Under the pieces are notes generated by a model. That model searched no databases and was not told the origin of the DNA. It saw only the letters and a list, made by a program, of their open reading frames with translations. A stretch of 64,000 nt of DNA, from the NCBI GenBank assembly GCA_944364615.1, contig CALVWF010000001.1:65840-129839 (forward strand), in the 5' to 3' direction. The DNA is from an uncultured Clostridia bacterium (GTDB taxonomy: Bacteria > Bacillota > Clostridia > Christensenellales > CAG-314). The position numbers and the translations under genes were made by a program. How positions within the stretch are numbered: position 1 is the stretch's first letter; each line of letters starts with the position of its first letter. Positions 9,266-18,594 of this stretch are shown here, piece after piece.

Positions 9266-9649
9266 TCAACCGTGTAACTGTCTGTATTTTTCCACCGCTT
9301 CCTGATATTTGGCGGAAAGTTTCATCAGGTAGGTCTGACGCTGATAGGCGTTGAGCGTACTCATATACTGTTTGTCGGCAAGCAGACTTATAGGATTTGC
9401 CACCGTCTGTTTGCTTGTAAGTATTTCCTCTACCTTACGCTGAAACTGTTGCTCTCTGTTGTACCCCTCGCTGTCGTATATCAGACGTTCCAACTGTCTG
9501 TGCTGTTGCTGACGTACGGCATTGCAGTCCAGTCCTTTGGTGACCGCGACCTGCTTTTCCGTTTCCAGACGCAGACGTGTCTGCTCCCAGAAACCGCTTT
9601 TCATTCTCTCCTTGGCTTGACGTGCGAACTTCTTAAAGGTATCTTTCAC
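9266..9649 (-). CDS. Hypothetical protein (127 aa)
   Basis: C-terminal part of track ORF 9266-9952. GTG 9649-9647 preceded by AGGAGGGAG. The N-terminal 100 codons of the track ORF overlap rpsU in another frame and are discarded. No family recognised. Confidence 0.5.
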   Translation of the reverse strand: MKDTFKKFARQAKERMKSGFWEQTRLRLETEKQVAVTKGLDCNAVRQQQHRQLERLIYDSEGYNREQQFQRKVEEILTSKQTVANPISLLADKQYMSTLNAYQRQTYLMKLSAKYQEAVEKYRQLHG

Positions 9650-9675
9650 TGTTGCTCCCTCCTGTGTCTTTGCAT

Positions 9676-9711
9676 AAAAAATAAACTGCCTGTTCAGCAG
9701 AACAAGCAGTT
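9676..9711 (-). terminator. Rho-independent terminator after rpsU
   Basis: Minus strand AACTGCTTG-N10-CAGGCAGTT (one G-U pair) followed by TATTTTTT. Confidence 0.65.
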
Positions 9712-9734
9712 TTATCTTTAGTGAAAATACTTTA

Positions 9735-9914
9735 TCAGTTCTTAGAATTACGTTTTCTTGCCGCTTCGGCCTTCTTCTTACGACGAACGCTGGGCTTTTC
9801 GTAATGTTCCTTCTTGCGGAGGTCACCGATGATGCCGTCTCTGGCGCATCTTCTCTTGAATCTACGCAATGCGCTGTCCAAAGTTTCGTTTTCACCAACT
9901 CTGATTGTAGACAT
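9735..9914 (-). CDS. rpsU: 30S ribosomal protein S21
   Basis: Own translation: [59 protein letters not shown] (59 aa, below the track cutoff). GGAGG RBS at 9921-9926. TGA stop 9735-9737. Confidence 0.93.
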   Translation of the reverse strand: MSTIRVGENETLDSALRRFKRRCARDGIIGDLRKKEHYEKPSVRRKKKAEAARKRNSKN

Positions 9915-9979
9915 GTTCTCGCCTCCTTCCCCGCAATCGGGACAAACTGCAATTTTCCTTTCGGGAAAATCTAATGAAT

Positions 9980-10008
9980 ATTTTACTCAATGACACCCTA
10001 TTTGTCAA
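9980..10008 (-). promoter_or_regulatory. Sigma-A promoter of rpsU
   Basis: Minus strand TTGACA (10008-10003), 17-nt spacer aatagggtgtcattgag, TAAAAT (9985-9980). Confidence 0.6.
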
Positions 10009-10047
10009 CGGTTTGTAAACAAAAAAGCAAACTAAATTGCAAGGCGA

Positions 10048-10452
10048 TTATTTCATTCTCAGAGCCTCGTGTAGCGCTTTGAGGTCGACGCCCAGTTTTT
10101 CTCTTGCAGGCCACAGATCCACTCCGTCGTCGGACTTGCGGGGAAGTATGTGCACGTGGAAATGCATCACGCTTTGTCCGGAACATTCTCCGCTGTTGTT
10201 GATGACGTTGACTCCCTGAAATCCGCAGTCTTCGACATAATGACGGGAAATCTTCTGTACGGCGTGCATTACCGCGTTCAATGTCTGACTGTCGCAGTCG
10301 AGAATGTTGGTGCAATGCTGCTTGCTGACTACCAGCGTGTGACCGTAGTAGTCCTCGGCAATGTCCAGAAAAGCAAACACTTTGTCGTCTTCGTAAATTT
10401 TAAACGAGGGAATATCCCCTTTGATGATTTTGCAAAAAATACAATCTGTCAT
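10048..10452 (-). CDS. HIT family (histidine triad) protein
   Basis: 134-aa ORF. CIFCKII head and histidine triad HFHVHILPR. Confidence 0.9.
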   Translation of the reverse strand: MTDCIFCKIIKGDIPSFKIYEDDKVFAFLDIAEDYYGHTLVVSKQHCTNILDCDSQTLNAVMHAVQKISRHYVEDCGFQGVNVINNSGECSGQSVMHFHVHILPRKSDDGVDLWPAREKLGVDLKALHEALRMK

Positions 10453-11681
10453 AACAAATCTCCTTTTACACCGTCTTTATAAAGTTCCTTGGCAATCACT
10501 TTTACCGTCTGTCCTTCCGTGGCGTTTCCCTTGAAGTACACTCTTGTGTAATTGCGGGAATAGCCCTCCCACATTCCGTTTCTTGACCGTTCCGCAAGCA
10601 CTTCTTCCGTCTTGCCTATCTGCGAATTGAGAAAATCGCTTTTGAGTTTGCGCTTGATTTCGCCCAGACGCTCGGCACGCAGATGTTTGACTTCCGCAGG
10701 AGTGTCCTCCCAACGTGACGCCACAGTACCCTTGCGCGCGGAATAGGGGAAAACGTGTATATCCGCAAACCCTATCTGCTCCACAAACCTGCACGTTTGC
10801 TCGAATTCCTCTTCCGTTTCGCCGCAGAAACCGACTATAACGTCCGTTGTAAAGGCTGCGTCGGGAAAATAACCTCGTATCAGTCTGACGCCGTCGGCAA
10901 ACTGTTGCGCGGTATAATGTCTGTTCATTCGCTTTAAAACGCTGTCGCTTCCGCTTTGCAACGACAGGTGAAAATGAGCACAGAAGTTCTTCCTTTTAAG
11001 ACTTTCCAACACGTCTTCCGTCAGTGCGCTTTCTTCCAGACTGCCCAGACGGTAACGCTTGTCGTCAGGCAATGCGTCAAACAACTGTGCCAGAGAAGTG
11101 CCGTTGTCACGGCCGAACTGAGTGATGTCTATACCTATCAGCACCACTTCTTCGGACGTAGCCTGCCGTACTTCATTCACAATGTCCTCTATTTTACGAC
11201 TGCGACTTCTTCCTCTGAGATAGGGGACTATACAGTAACTGCAAAAGTTGTTGCATCCGTCCTGTATTTTTATAAAACTTCTTGTACGCTGTCCGTCGGC
11301 AAACAGCGTTTCGCTGTACCTGTCGGACGGCGGACAGATGCCTACGCCTGCATTTTCCAGTATATCCGCGACATCGGTCTTGCCTTCCGTACCTTTAATG
11401 AAGGTGACGTTGTCCAGATTTTCAAACTGCGTTGCGTTGTTCTGCGAAGCACAGCCCATCACCACGATTCTGCAATCGGGATTGAGTTTCCTCGCCCTTG
11501 CCACCGCCTGACGAGATTTTCTTTCCGCTTCTGCCGTGATGGCGCAGGTATTCAACACGAATATGTCCGCCTTTTCAAGCCCTTCCGACGCGTCGTGTCC
11601 CAGTTGTTTCAATGCCGCGACTATCTGCTGACTTTCGTAAAAATTGGTCTTGCAACCCAATGTAAATACACTGATTTTCAT
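10449..11681 (-). CDS. mtaB: tRNA t6A37 methylthiotransferase MtaB (radical SAM)
   Basis: 410-aa ORF. UPF0004 N-domain, radical SAM CNNFCSYC, C-terminal TRAM-like region. Follows rsmE as in the Bacillus dnaK operon. Confidence 0.85.
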   Translation of the reverse strand: MKISVFTLGCKTNFYESQQIVAALKQLGHDASEGLEKADIFVLNTCAITAEAERKSRQAVARARKLNPDCRIVVMGCASQNNATQFENLDNVTFIKGTEGKTDVADILENAGVGICPPSDRYSETLFADGQRTRSFIKIQDGCNNFCSYCIVPYLRGRSRSRKIEDIVNEVRQATSEEVVLIGIDITQFGRDNGTSLAQLFDALPDDKRYRLGSLEESALTEDVLESLKRKNFCAHFHLSLQSGSDSVLKRMNRHYTAQQFADGVRLIRGYFPDAAFTTDVIVGFCGETEEEFEQTCRFVEQIGFADIHVFPYSARKGTVASRWEDTPAEVKHLRAERLGEIKRKLKSDFLNSQIGKTEEVLAERSRNGMWEGYSRNYTRVYFKGNATEGQTVKVIAKELYKDGVKGDLL

Positions 11682-12409
11682 TATTTTGTCCTGCCGAGTA
11701 TTCCGTCCGTCAAAGACAGTACGTAAAGCGGAGCGGTCTCCGCACGCAAAATGCGTTTGCCCAGAGTAACGGCCGTAGCGCCCGCATCAACTGCCGCCTG
11801 CGCCTCCTCGGGAGAAAATCCTCCTTCGCTTCCTACAATTATTGCGATGTTTTTTACCGGTTTCGAATCCAGCACGTCAAACACAGTACCTTCACGCTGA
11901 TTTTCGTAGCAAAACAACGCAATGTCGTAATTTTTCAATTCTTCCGTCAATCGGGCAAAGTTACAACGGCTGACTTGTACCGCAATCGCTCTTCCGCACT
12001 GTTTGGAGGCTTCCAGCGCAATACGGTTAAGCCTTTCCAGTTTTTTGTCATCACACTCTCCTACGGTATAACGGCTGTCAAACAGCACTACGCGGTTTAC
12101 TCCCAGTTCCACCGCTTTCTGTACTACAAAGTCGTTTTTGTCCCCTTTGCAAACGCCGAAATAAAGCGTGGTCAAGTACCCGTTTTCCGCGGAGGAAACT
12201 CGGCTTTCTTCTATACGCAAGACCACACTTTTGCCGTCGATGTTTTCCACTACCGACAAATGTTCCCATCCGTCGTTGAAACAAATCACCGCTTTGTCAC
12301 CCGCTTTCATTCGCAAGACTCTTGCCATATGGTGATATTCGCTTGTGACGTTGACTATGTCGCCCTGCCGTTCTTCGGGCAGCGCAAAAAATCTTCGTAT
12401 CTGACTCAT
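11681..12409 (-). CDS. rsmE: 16S rRNA (uracil1498-N3)-methyltransferase RsmE
   Basis: 242-aa ORF. HHMARVLRMKAGD head, IIVGSEGGFSPEE and LGKRILRAETA C-terminal motifs. Confidence 0.88.
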   Translation of the reverse strand: MSQIRRFFALPEERQGDIVNVTSEYHHMARVLRMKAGDKAVICFNDGWEHLSVVENIDGKSVVLRIEESRVSSAENGYLTTLYFGVCKGDKNDFVVQKAVELGVNRVVLFDSRYTVGECDDKKLERLNRIALEASKQCGRAIAVQVSRCNFARLTEELKNYDIALFCYENQREGTVFDVLDSKPVKNIAIIVGSEGGFSPEEAQAAVDAGATAVTLGKRILRAETAPLYVLSLTDGILGRTK

Positions 12410-13314
12410 AAACGTTTAAGCAGAAGGGCTGTCCATTCGCCCTCCGTAGTACTTTTGATCCCGGTAAATCCCTGACGGGCGAAAGCCTGTTCCACCTTGT
12501 CCGCTCTGTCGTTGAGAATACCGGACAATACAAGTCTGCCACCGGGAAGAGTCACGCTGCCTATTCCCTCCGCCAACAAATACAAGATGTCCGCCGTGAG
12601 ATTGGCGAAAACTACGGGAAACCGTCCCTTGACGTCTTTGGCAAGATCGCCGCAGATAATCTCGCATCTGTCTTCCAGTCCGTTGAGACGTGCATTTTCC
12701 AGCGTCGCTTCCGTAGCCTGTGAGTCTATGTCGGTAAACACCGCACGACTTGCGCCTTTGAGCAGTGCCGACAGTCCGAGTATACCGCTGCCGCACCCCA
12801 CGTCCAGCACTTCCTGTCCGCAGACATCCGCTTCGTCGATTAGTTTAATGCACATAGAAGTAGTTTCGTGCTGACCTGTTCCGAATGCCGTACCGCTGTC
12901 CAGATACAATACCGGCAATCCTTTCTGACTGTCATCGGGTGTAAGCCATCGGGGACACACGACGATGCCTCCTATCGTCATCGGGCGGAAGGTCTTCTTC
13001 CAGTTGTTTAACCACATCTCCCCGTCCACTTCTTCCACGGAAATTTCAAGACTTCCGGCGTCGGTAAGCGAACAAAGCGCACCTTTAAGATAGTCGAGCG
13101 CCGATTGCACGTCTTCGTTGTTGCAATATCCCTTGACCAAAACTTCGTCGCCGTAAACGTCCGTTGCGCTTTCGTCGGCGTAATCCCACGACGCGTTGTC
13201 GAAATCCTTGCGATCGTAGATGCTTACTCCGTCCATACAACATTCCTGCAAAAAATACGCCACAAGTTCGCTTGTGGCTGTGTTTGTACTAATTGTAATC
13301 TGTGAATATTTCAT
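12406..13314 (-). CDS. prmA: Ribosomal protein L11 methyltransferase PrmA
   Basis: 302-aa ORF. SAM motif VLDVGCGSGILG, FGTGQHETT. Confidence 0.9.
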   Translation of the reverse strand: MKYSQITISTNTATSELVAYFLQECCMDGVSIYDRKDFDNASWDYADESATDVYGDEVLVKGYCNNEDVQSALDYLKGALCSLTDAGSLEISVEEVDGEMWLNNWKKTFRPMTIGGIVVCPRWLTPDDSQKGLPVLYLDSGTAFGTGQHETTSMCIKLIDEADVCGQEVLDVGCGSGILGLSALLKGASRAVFTDIDSQATEATLENARLNGLEDRCEIICGDLAKDVKGRFPVVFANLTADILYLLAEGIGSVTLPGGRLVLSGILNDRADKVEQAFARQGFTGIKSTTEGEWTALLLKRL

Positions 13315-13322
13315 ATGTAAGC

Positions 13323-13646
13323 TCAGTTAATCAGTATGTCAATAAGTTTTTTGGCGTTTTCCCATTCACGCTTGTTTACCAGATACAACGCCCTGCCACG
13401 TTCGGTGATAGTATAGTATTTGCGTGTAGCACCGACGTTTTCCCCCCACGAACCTTTGATACATTCCATATCTTCCAGACGGTGATAAGCCGAATACAGA
13501 CTCTGTTCGTTGGGAACATACAGATTGTCTGTTTTTTTGGCAATGAACTTGCGTATCTCGTTGCCGTATTTAGTTCCGTCCATCAACGCCGACAACACGA
13601 AAGTGTCGATGTGCCCGCGAAGCAGATCGCTTGAAATTACCTTCAT
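13323..13646 (-). CDS. PadR family transcriptional regulator
   Basis: 107-aa ORF. LLRGHIDTFVLSALMDGTKYGNEIRKFI...YSAYHRLEDMECI...RKYYTITERGR. Confidence 0.85.
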   Translation of the reverse strand: MKVISSDLLRGHIDTFVLSALMDGTKYGNEIRKFIAKKTDNLYVPNEQSLYSAYHRLEDMECIKGSWGENVGATRKYYTITERGRALYLVNKREWENAKKLIDILIN

Positions 13647-13669
13647 AAATTTTCTCCTATGTCTAACAT

Positions 13670-13711
13670 AAAAAGAATACCACTTTACAAAGTTTTTGTA
13701 AAGTGGTATTC
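13670..13711 (-). terminator. Strong hairpin (terminator or attenuator) between dnaJ and padR
   Basis: Perfect 15-bp stem GAATACCACTTTACA / TGTAAAGTGGTATTC (13675-13711), 7-nt loop, followed on the minus strand by TTTTTA. Only about 25 nt before the padR ATG. Confidence 0.65.
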
Positions 13712-13773
13712 GGTAACAATAAAATAATTGTCTTTTTGTTTTTTTTTAGCGTGAAAAGACCGTCAGCCCGTAA

Positions 13774-14907
13774 TTACTTCTGCTGATACATTCTGGCAAG
13801 TTCATCGAGATACTCCTTGCGTTTGGGGTAACTGCTTATGGTGGAGTCACGCTCGAAATCTTCAAGGCTCTTGCGTTGAGCACGAGTGATGCTTCTCGGC
13901 ACTTCCACCTTGAAAGTAACGTAAAGGTCTCCTGACTGACCGCGTCCGGACTGTATGCCCTTACCGCGGAAACGCAACGTTTCGCCGTTGCCCGAACCGC
14001 TTGCAAGTTTGTGTACAAACATTCCCTGCAATGAAGGTATTTCCACTTCGCCGCCCATTACCGCGGTGGAAAATGTCACCGGCACTTCGGTGTATATGTC
14101 CAGATTGCGACGGCTGAAAACCTTGCTGGGTTTTATGCTGAGCACCAACAGAAGATTGCCGTTTCTGCCTGCGCCTCTGGGGCTGTTGCCTTCACCCGCG
14201 ATTTGCAGTACCGAACCGTTTTCCACTCCTGCGGGAATGGTAACGTTCATGACCTTGTTTTTTCTGACAACGCCGTTGCCGTTACAATCCGGGCATTTGT
14301 CTGTTACGATTTTACCGGTACCGTTACAGTTTGTACAGGTTCCGATGCTTATCTGCTGTCCGAACAATGTATTTTGCGTATAACGAACCTGACCGGTACC
14401 GTTACACTTGGGACAGGTCTTCAACGAATCGGAGTTCTTCGCACCCGTACCGTTACAGGTTTTGCAACGTTCCAGACGTGTAAAACTAATGGACTTTTTA
14501 CAGCCGAGAGCCGCCTCCATAAACGTCAGTTCTATTGTCTGGGTGATGTCGTCTCCCACGGCCTGCCGTGTGCTGCGTCGCGCAGATCTCGCGCCACCTC
14601 CCATAAAACCGCTGAAAATATCGAAAATGTCGTCAAATCCGCTGGCGGTAAAACCTCCGCCGTTGCCAAAGGGATTGAAGCCCTGACTTTCGTCCATTTC
14701 TCCGCGATCGTATTTCTGACGCTTGTCGGGATCGCCCAGCACGGAATACGCTTCGTTACATTCCTTGAACTTTTCCGCACATTCCTTGTCATCCGGATGC
14801 AGGTCGGGGTGATATTTTTTGGCAAGTTTACGGTAGGCCGACTTGATCTCATCCTGCGACGCCGTCTTTTCTACGCCCAGAATCTTGTAGTAGTCTTTCA
14901 TTGCCAT
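13774..14907 (-). CDS. dnaJ: Molecular chaperone DnaJ
   Basis: 377-aa ORF. J domain with [11 protein letters not shown]. Four Zn repeats [32 protein letters not shown]. Confidence 0.97.
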   Translation of the reverse strand: MAMKDYYKILGVEKTASQDEIKSAYRKLAKKYHPDLHPDDKECAEKFKECNEAYSVLGDPDKRQKYDRGEMDESQGFNPFGNGGGFTASGFDDIFDIFSGFMGGGARSARRSTRQAVGDDITQTIELTFMEAALGCKKSISFTRLERCKTCNGTGAKNSDSLKTCPKCNGTGQVRYTQNTLFGQQISIGTCTNCNGTGKIVTDKCPDCNGNGVVRKNKVMNVTIPAGVENGSVLQIAGEGNSPRGAGRNGNLLLVLSIKPSKVFSRRNLDIYTEVPVTFSTAVMGGEVEIPSLQGMFVHKLASGSGNGETLRFRGKGIQSGRGQSGDLYVTFKVEVPRSITRAQRKSLEDFERDSTISSYPKRKEYLDELARMYQQK

Positions 14908-14928
14908 AATTTTTTCCTTTAATCATTA

Positions 14929-14963
14929 TGCATTGCACGCAACGGATTGTTGCGTGCAATGCA
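14929..14963 (-). other. Intercistronic 15-bp hairpin between dnaK and dnaJ
   Basis: TGCATTGCACGCAAC-ggatt-GTTGCGTGCAATGCA. No T-run follows on the minus strand, so more likely an mRNA processing or stability element than a full terminator. Confidence 0.5.
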
Positions 14964-14979
14964 GTAAAACTTCATTAAA

Positions 14980-16797
14980 TTATTTGTTGTCGTCGCTCAC
15001 GTCGTACTTGACTTCTTCGCCCGACTGAGGATCCGTTGTGCTACCCTGCTGATGTTGAGCCGCAGCCTGATAGAATTTCTGGAAGATAGACGCGCTTGCC
15101 TGAGCAATACGATCCGTTTCCGCCTTCATTTCGTCGGAAGTACCCTTTTCCAGAACTTCCTTGCCCTTCTTGATTTCTTCTTCGAGTTTTTCCTTGTCGG
15201 CGGCTTCGAGTTTGTCACCGCTTTCACGCAGGAACTGTTCCAAAGACAAAATCATCTGGTCAAGTCCGTTACGGTTTTCCACTTCCTGTTTACGTTTCTT
15301 GTCTTCTTCGGCATACTTTTCGGCGTCTTTGATAGCCTTGTCGATGTCCGCTTCGGACAGGTTAGAGGAAGATGTAATTGTTACGGACTGTTCCTTCTGA
15401 GTACCGAGGTCTTTTGCGGTTACGTGTACGATACCGTTTGCGTCGATATCGAATTTTACTTCGATCTGAGGAACTCCTCTGGGAGCGGGAGCAATACCCG
15501 TCAGAGAGAAACGTCCCAACGTCTTGTTGTCGGCAGCCATTTCACGTTCGCCCTGCAACACGTGAATGTCGACGCTTGTCTGATTGTCTGCCGCAGTACT
15601 GAATATCTGCGATTTGCTGGTGGGGATGGTCGTGTTACGCTCGATGAGTTTTGCAGTTACACCGCCCAGCACTTCGATACCCAATGACAACGGAGTTACA
15701 TCCAGCAACAGCACGTCCTTGACTTCGCCGCCAAGCACACCGCCCTGAATTGCAGCGCCGATAGCGACGCATTCGTCGGGGTTGATGCCCTTGTAAGGTT
15801 CCTTACCGCTGAACTTCTTGACTGCTTCGACCACTGCGGGGATACGTGTGGAACCACCCACCAGAATTACACGGTTGATGTCGTTGGTGGTAAGTCCGGC
15901 GTCCGCCAAAGCCTGCTTCATAGGATCGATGGTCTTCTTAATGATACCTTCGATGAGCGATTCGAACTTAGCACGGGTAATTTCTATTTCAAGGTGTTTA
16001 GGACCTGTTGCGTCTGCCGTGATGAAGGGCAACGACACTGTTGTCTTAAGAGTAGAACTCAGTTCGATCTTAGCCTTTTCGGCTGCTTCCTTCAATCTCT
16101 GCATTGCCTGCTTGTCTTGCGACAGGTCAATACCGTTGGACTTCTTGAATTCGTCGATGAGGTACTGCATTACGATGTTGTCGATGTCGTCGCCGCCCAG
16201 ACGGTTGTTACCGTTGGTGGCAAGAACTTCGAATACGCCGTCACCGATTTCCAGTATAGACACATCGAACGTACCGCCGCCCAGGTCGTAAATAAGTATC
16301 TTCTGATTCTTGTTTTCGCCCTTATCAAGACCGTAAGCAAGTGCAGCCGCTGTAGGTTCGTTGATGATACGCAACACGTCAAGACCGGCTATCTTACCTG
16401 CGTCCTTAGTTGCCTGTCTCTGTGCGTCAGAGAAATACGCAGGCACCGTGATGACGGCCTGAGTTACTTTTTCACCGAGATAACTTTCGGCGTCGCTCTT
16501 CAATTTGGAAAGAATGATACCGCTTATTTCCTGCGGAGAATACTTCTTTCCGTCTATATCCACTGTATAATTTGTTCCCATTTCACGCTTGATGGACAAC
16601 ACAGTACGATCGGCGTTTACCACCGCCTGTCTTTTAGCAACCTGACCTACCAGTCTTTCGCCGTCTTTAGTAAAACCTACGATGGACGGAGTTGTACGGT
16701 TACCTTCCGCATTGGTTATAACAACGGGTTCACCGCCTTCCAATACTGCAACACAACTGTTAGTTGTTCCCAAGTCAATACCAATAATCTTTCCCAT
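14980..16797 (-). CDS. dnaK: Molecular chaperone DnaK (Hsp70)
   Basis: 605-aa [38 protein letters not shown]. Confidence 0.98.
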   Translation of the reverse strand: MGKIIGIDLGTTNSCVAVLEGGEPVVITNAEGNRTTPSIVGFTKDGERLVGQVAKRQAVVNADRTVLSIKREMGTNYTVDIDGKKYSPQEISGIILSKLKSDAESYLGEKVTQAVITVPAYFSDAQRQATKDAGKIAGLDVLRIINEPTAAALAYGLDKGENKNQKILIYDLGGGTFDVSILEIGDGVFEVLATNGNNRLGGDDIDNIVMQYLIDEFKKSNGIDLSQDKQAMQRLKEAAEKAKIELSSTLKTTVSLPFITADATGPKHLEIEITRAKFESLIEGIIKKTIDPMKQALADAGLTTNDINRVILVGGSTRIPAVVEAVKKFSGKEPYKGINPDECVAIGAAIQGGVLGGEVKDVLLLDVTPLSLGIEVLGGVTAKLIERNTTIPTSKSQIFSTAADNQTSVDIHVLQGEREMAADNKTLGRFSLTGIAPAPRGVPQIEVKFDIDANGIVHVTAKDLGTQKEQSVTITSSSNLSEADIDKAIKDAEKYAEEDKKRKQEVENRNGLDQMILSLEQFLRESGDKLEAADKEKLEEEIKKGKEVLEKGTSDEMKAETDRIAQASASIFQKFYQAAAQHQQGSTTDPQSGEEVKYDVSDDNK

Positions 16798-16862
16798 AAT
16801 CTATATCTCCTTTAATGTAAATGTTCTTTATATTACAGGGAAGTCACATCCGTTTCTTCCCG

Positions 16863-17468
16863 TTATTGTCCAACGACTACTTCTGCGTAACGCAACACCT
16901 TGTCGTTGAAGGTGTAGCCGTCTTTATAAACTTCCACGACCAAATCCGTCTTGCCTTCTTCGGCAGGAACTTTTGCAAGTGCGTTCATTGTCGTTGCGTC
17001 AAACGGTTTGCCCAAGACATCCATTTTTACAACGCCCAGTTCGTCAAGCACGTGCCTGAACTGTTCTTCCACCATTTCGAACGCTTTCAGGTTTTCGTCG
17101 TTGAGATGCTTTCTTGCAATGGCGAAAGTGTCCAGAATAGGAAATATCTTTTCCACCACGCCTGCTATACCTTGCGCCTTGCTGTTTTCTTCATTGAAAC
17201 GCATGCGCTTTTTATAACTGTCGAAATCGTTTTTCAAAGCGACCAGTTGAGTCAGGTAACTGTCGCTCTTGTCCGCCGACGACTGTAATCTGTTTACCGT
17301 GGCGGTAAGTTTGTCGCTTTCCTGTATCAGCCGTTCGTTTTCTTCCGTAAGCAACTTGTAGTTTTCTTCCAGTTTTTCCAATTTCTGTTCCGCTGTAAGT
17401 TCTTCCTGTTGCGCAGGGATTTCCGATTGCTGACAGACTTCTTCCGTCTGTTGTTTCTTTTCTTTCAT
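16863..17468 (-). CDS. grpE: Nucleotide exchange factor GrpE
   Basis: 201-aa ORF. Coiled-coil N-terminal half and GrpE C-terminal beta domain (GKPFDATTMNALAKVP...VVEVYKDGY). Lies between hrcA and dnaK. Confidence 0.9.
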   Translation of the reverse strand: MKEKKQQTEEVCQQSEIPAQQEELTAEQKLEKLEENYKLLTEENERLIQESDKLTATVNRLQSSADKSDSYLTQLVALKNDFDSYKKRMRFNEENSKAQGIAGVVEKIFPILDTFAIARKHLNDENLKAFEMVEEQFRHVLDELGVVKMDVLGKPFDATTMNALAKVPAEEGKTDLVVEVYKDGYTFNDKVLRYAEVVVGQ

Positions 17469-18494
17469 TTATTGCTGCTCCTTCGGGTTCAGCATGTCGG
17501 TGAGCAATTCGCTTATACGGTCCAGCACGGCAACTACCTTGCTGTAATTCATTCTTACGGGACCGATGACTCCGAAATTACCGCTGACATTTTCGCCCAA
17601 ATTGATTTTTGCCGAAACTACCGAACATCCTTCCGGCACACTGTCTTCACTGCCTATTTTGATAGCCAGATTGTCATCGTCGGTGTCGGTAAATATCCGT
17701 GCCAGTTCGTCCTTGTGCTCCAACGTGGAAAGGAAACATCTTGCATTGTTGACATCCTTGTATTCGGTGTGATTGAAGATGTTGTTACTGCCTTCCGTCA
17801 CCACATCCATACCGTTGGCAAGGGAAACTTTTTTCAATACGTCGATTATTTTTTTGAACAGTGCGTTGAACTGTTCAAACTGACTGTTGACCAACGCATA
17901 GGGATAACGGAAATTGATGAAGTCGGAAATATGTCTGCCTACAAAAATTTTGTTGAGCCAGTTTTCCGCCTGCACGAGCATTTCCGAAGTAAAGTTTTGC
18001 GGAAGGTCAATGACCGCGTCTTTGAGCAGACGCGAATCGGTGACTATTACCACAAGCATCTGACCGTTGGACAAATCCAGCAGTTTTATCACCTTGATAC
18101 AGTCGGACAGGTCTTCCTTTACCACTACCGATGTGTAGTGCGTCACTTCGGAAATTACCTTCGCAACTGCGGAAATGACATCTTCCACGTCCGACCACTT
18201 CTGAGCGAAATACCTGTCGATCATGTCCACTTCGGCAACGGTCAGCGGTTCACGGTGCATGAGTTCGTCCACATAAATGCGAAACGCTTTCTGCGACGGC
18301 ACTCTGCCCGCGCTGACGTGAGGCTGTACGAGATAACCCATACTTTCCAAAGCGGACAACTCGTTGCGGATTGTAGCCGACGAGCAGTCACGCAGATGGT
18401 TTTCCTGAATATCCTTACTGCTTATCGGACTTGCCGTTTCAATATAACTGTCTACTACCGCACACAGTATTTTTTTCTTACGTTCCGATAACAT
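17469..18494 (-). CDS. hrcA: Heat-inducible transcription repressor HrcA
   Basis: 341-aa ORF. N-terminal winged helix LSERKKKILCAVVDSYIETASPISSKDI. First gene of the dnaK operon, with CIRCE upstream. Confidence 0.93.
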   Translation of the reverse strand: MLSERKKKILCAVVDSYIETASPISSKDIQENHLRDCSSATIRNELSALESMGYLVQPHVSAGRVPSQKAFRIYVDELMHREPLTVAEVDMIDRYFAQKWSDVEDVISAVAKVISEVTHYTSVVVKEDLSDCIKVIKLLDLSNGQMLVVIVTDSRLLKDAVIDLPQNFTSEMLVQAENWLNKIFVGRHISDFINFRYPYALVNSQFEQFNALFKKIIDVLKKVSLANGMDVVTEGSNNIFNHTEYKDVNNARCFLSTLEHKDELARIFTDTDDDNLAIKIGSEDSVPEGCSVVSAKINLGENVSGNFGVIGPVRMNYSKVVAVLDRISELLTDMLNPKEQQ

Positions 18495-18527
18495 ATCAGG
18501 TCACCTGTCACGAATATTTTAAGAGTG

Positions 18528-18554
18528 TTAGCACTCTCGACGTAAGACTGCTAA
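18528..18554. promoter_or_regulatory. CIRCE operator (HrcA binding site)
   Basis: TTAGCACTC-tcgacgtaa-GACTGCTAA versus consensus TTAGCACTC-N9-GAGTGCTAA (1 mismatch). 33 nt upstream of the hrcA ATG and just downstream of the promoter. Confidence 0.88.
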
Positions 18555-18565
18555 TTCTTGATTAA

Positions 18566-18594
18566 AATATATCACCGCTCGTCACGTTTGTCAA
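18566..18594 (-). promoter_or_regulatory. Sigma-A promoter of the hrcA-grpE-dnaK-dnaJ operon
   Basis: Minus strand TTGACA (18594-18589), 17-nt spacer, TATATT (18571-18566), immediately upstream of CIRCE. Confidence 0.7.

Noticed and set aside
9650-9952. N-terminal 100 codons of the 228-aa ORF 9266-9952
   Set aside because: They overlap rpsU (clear S21 translation, own RBS and terminator) in a different frame and begin with TTG without an RBS. Only the part after GTG 9649 is kept.
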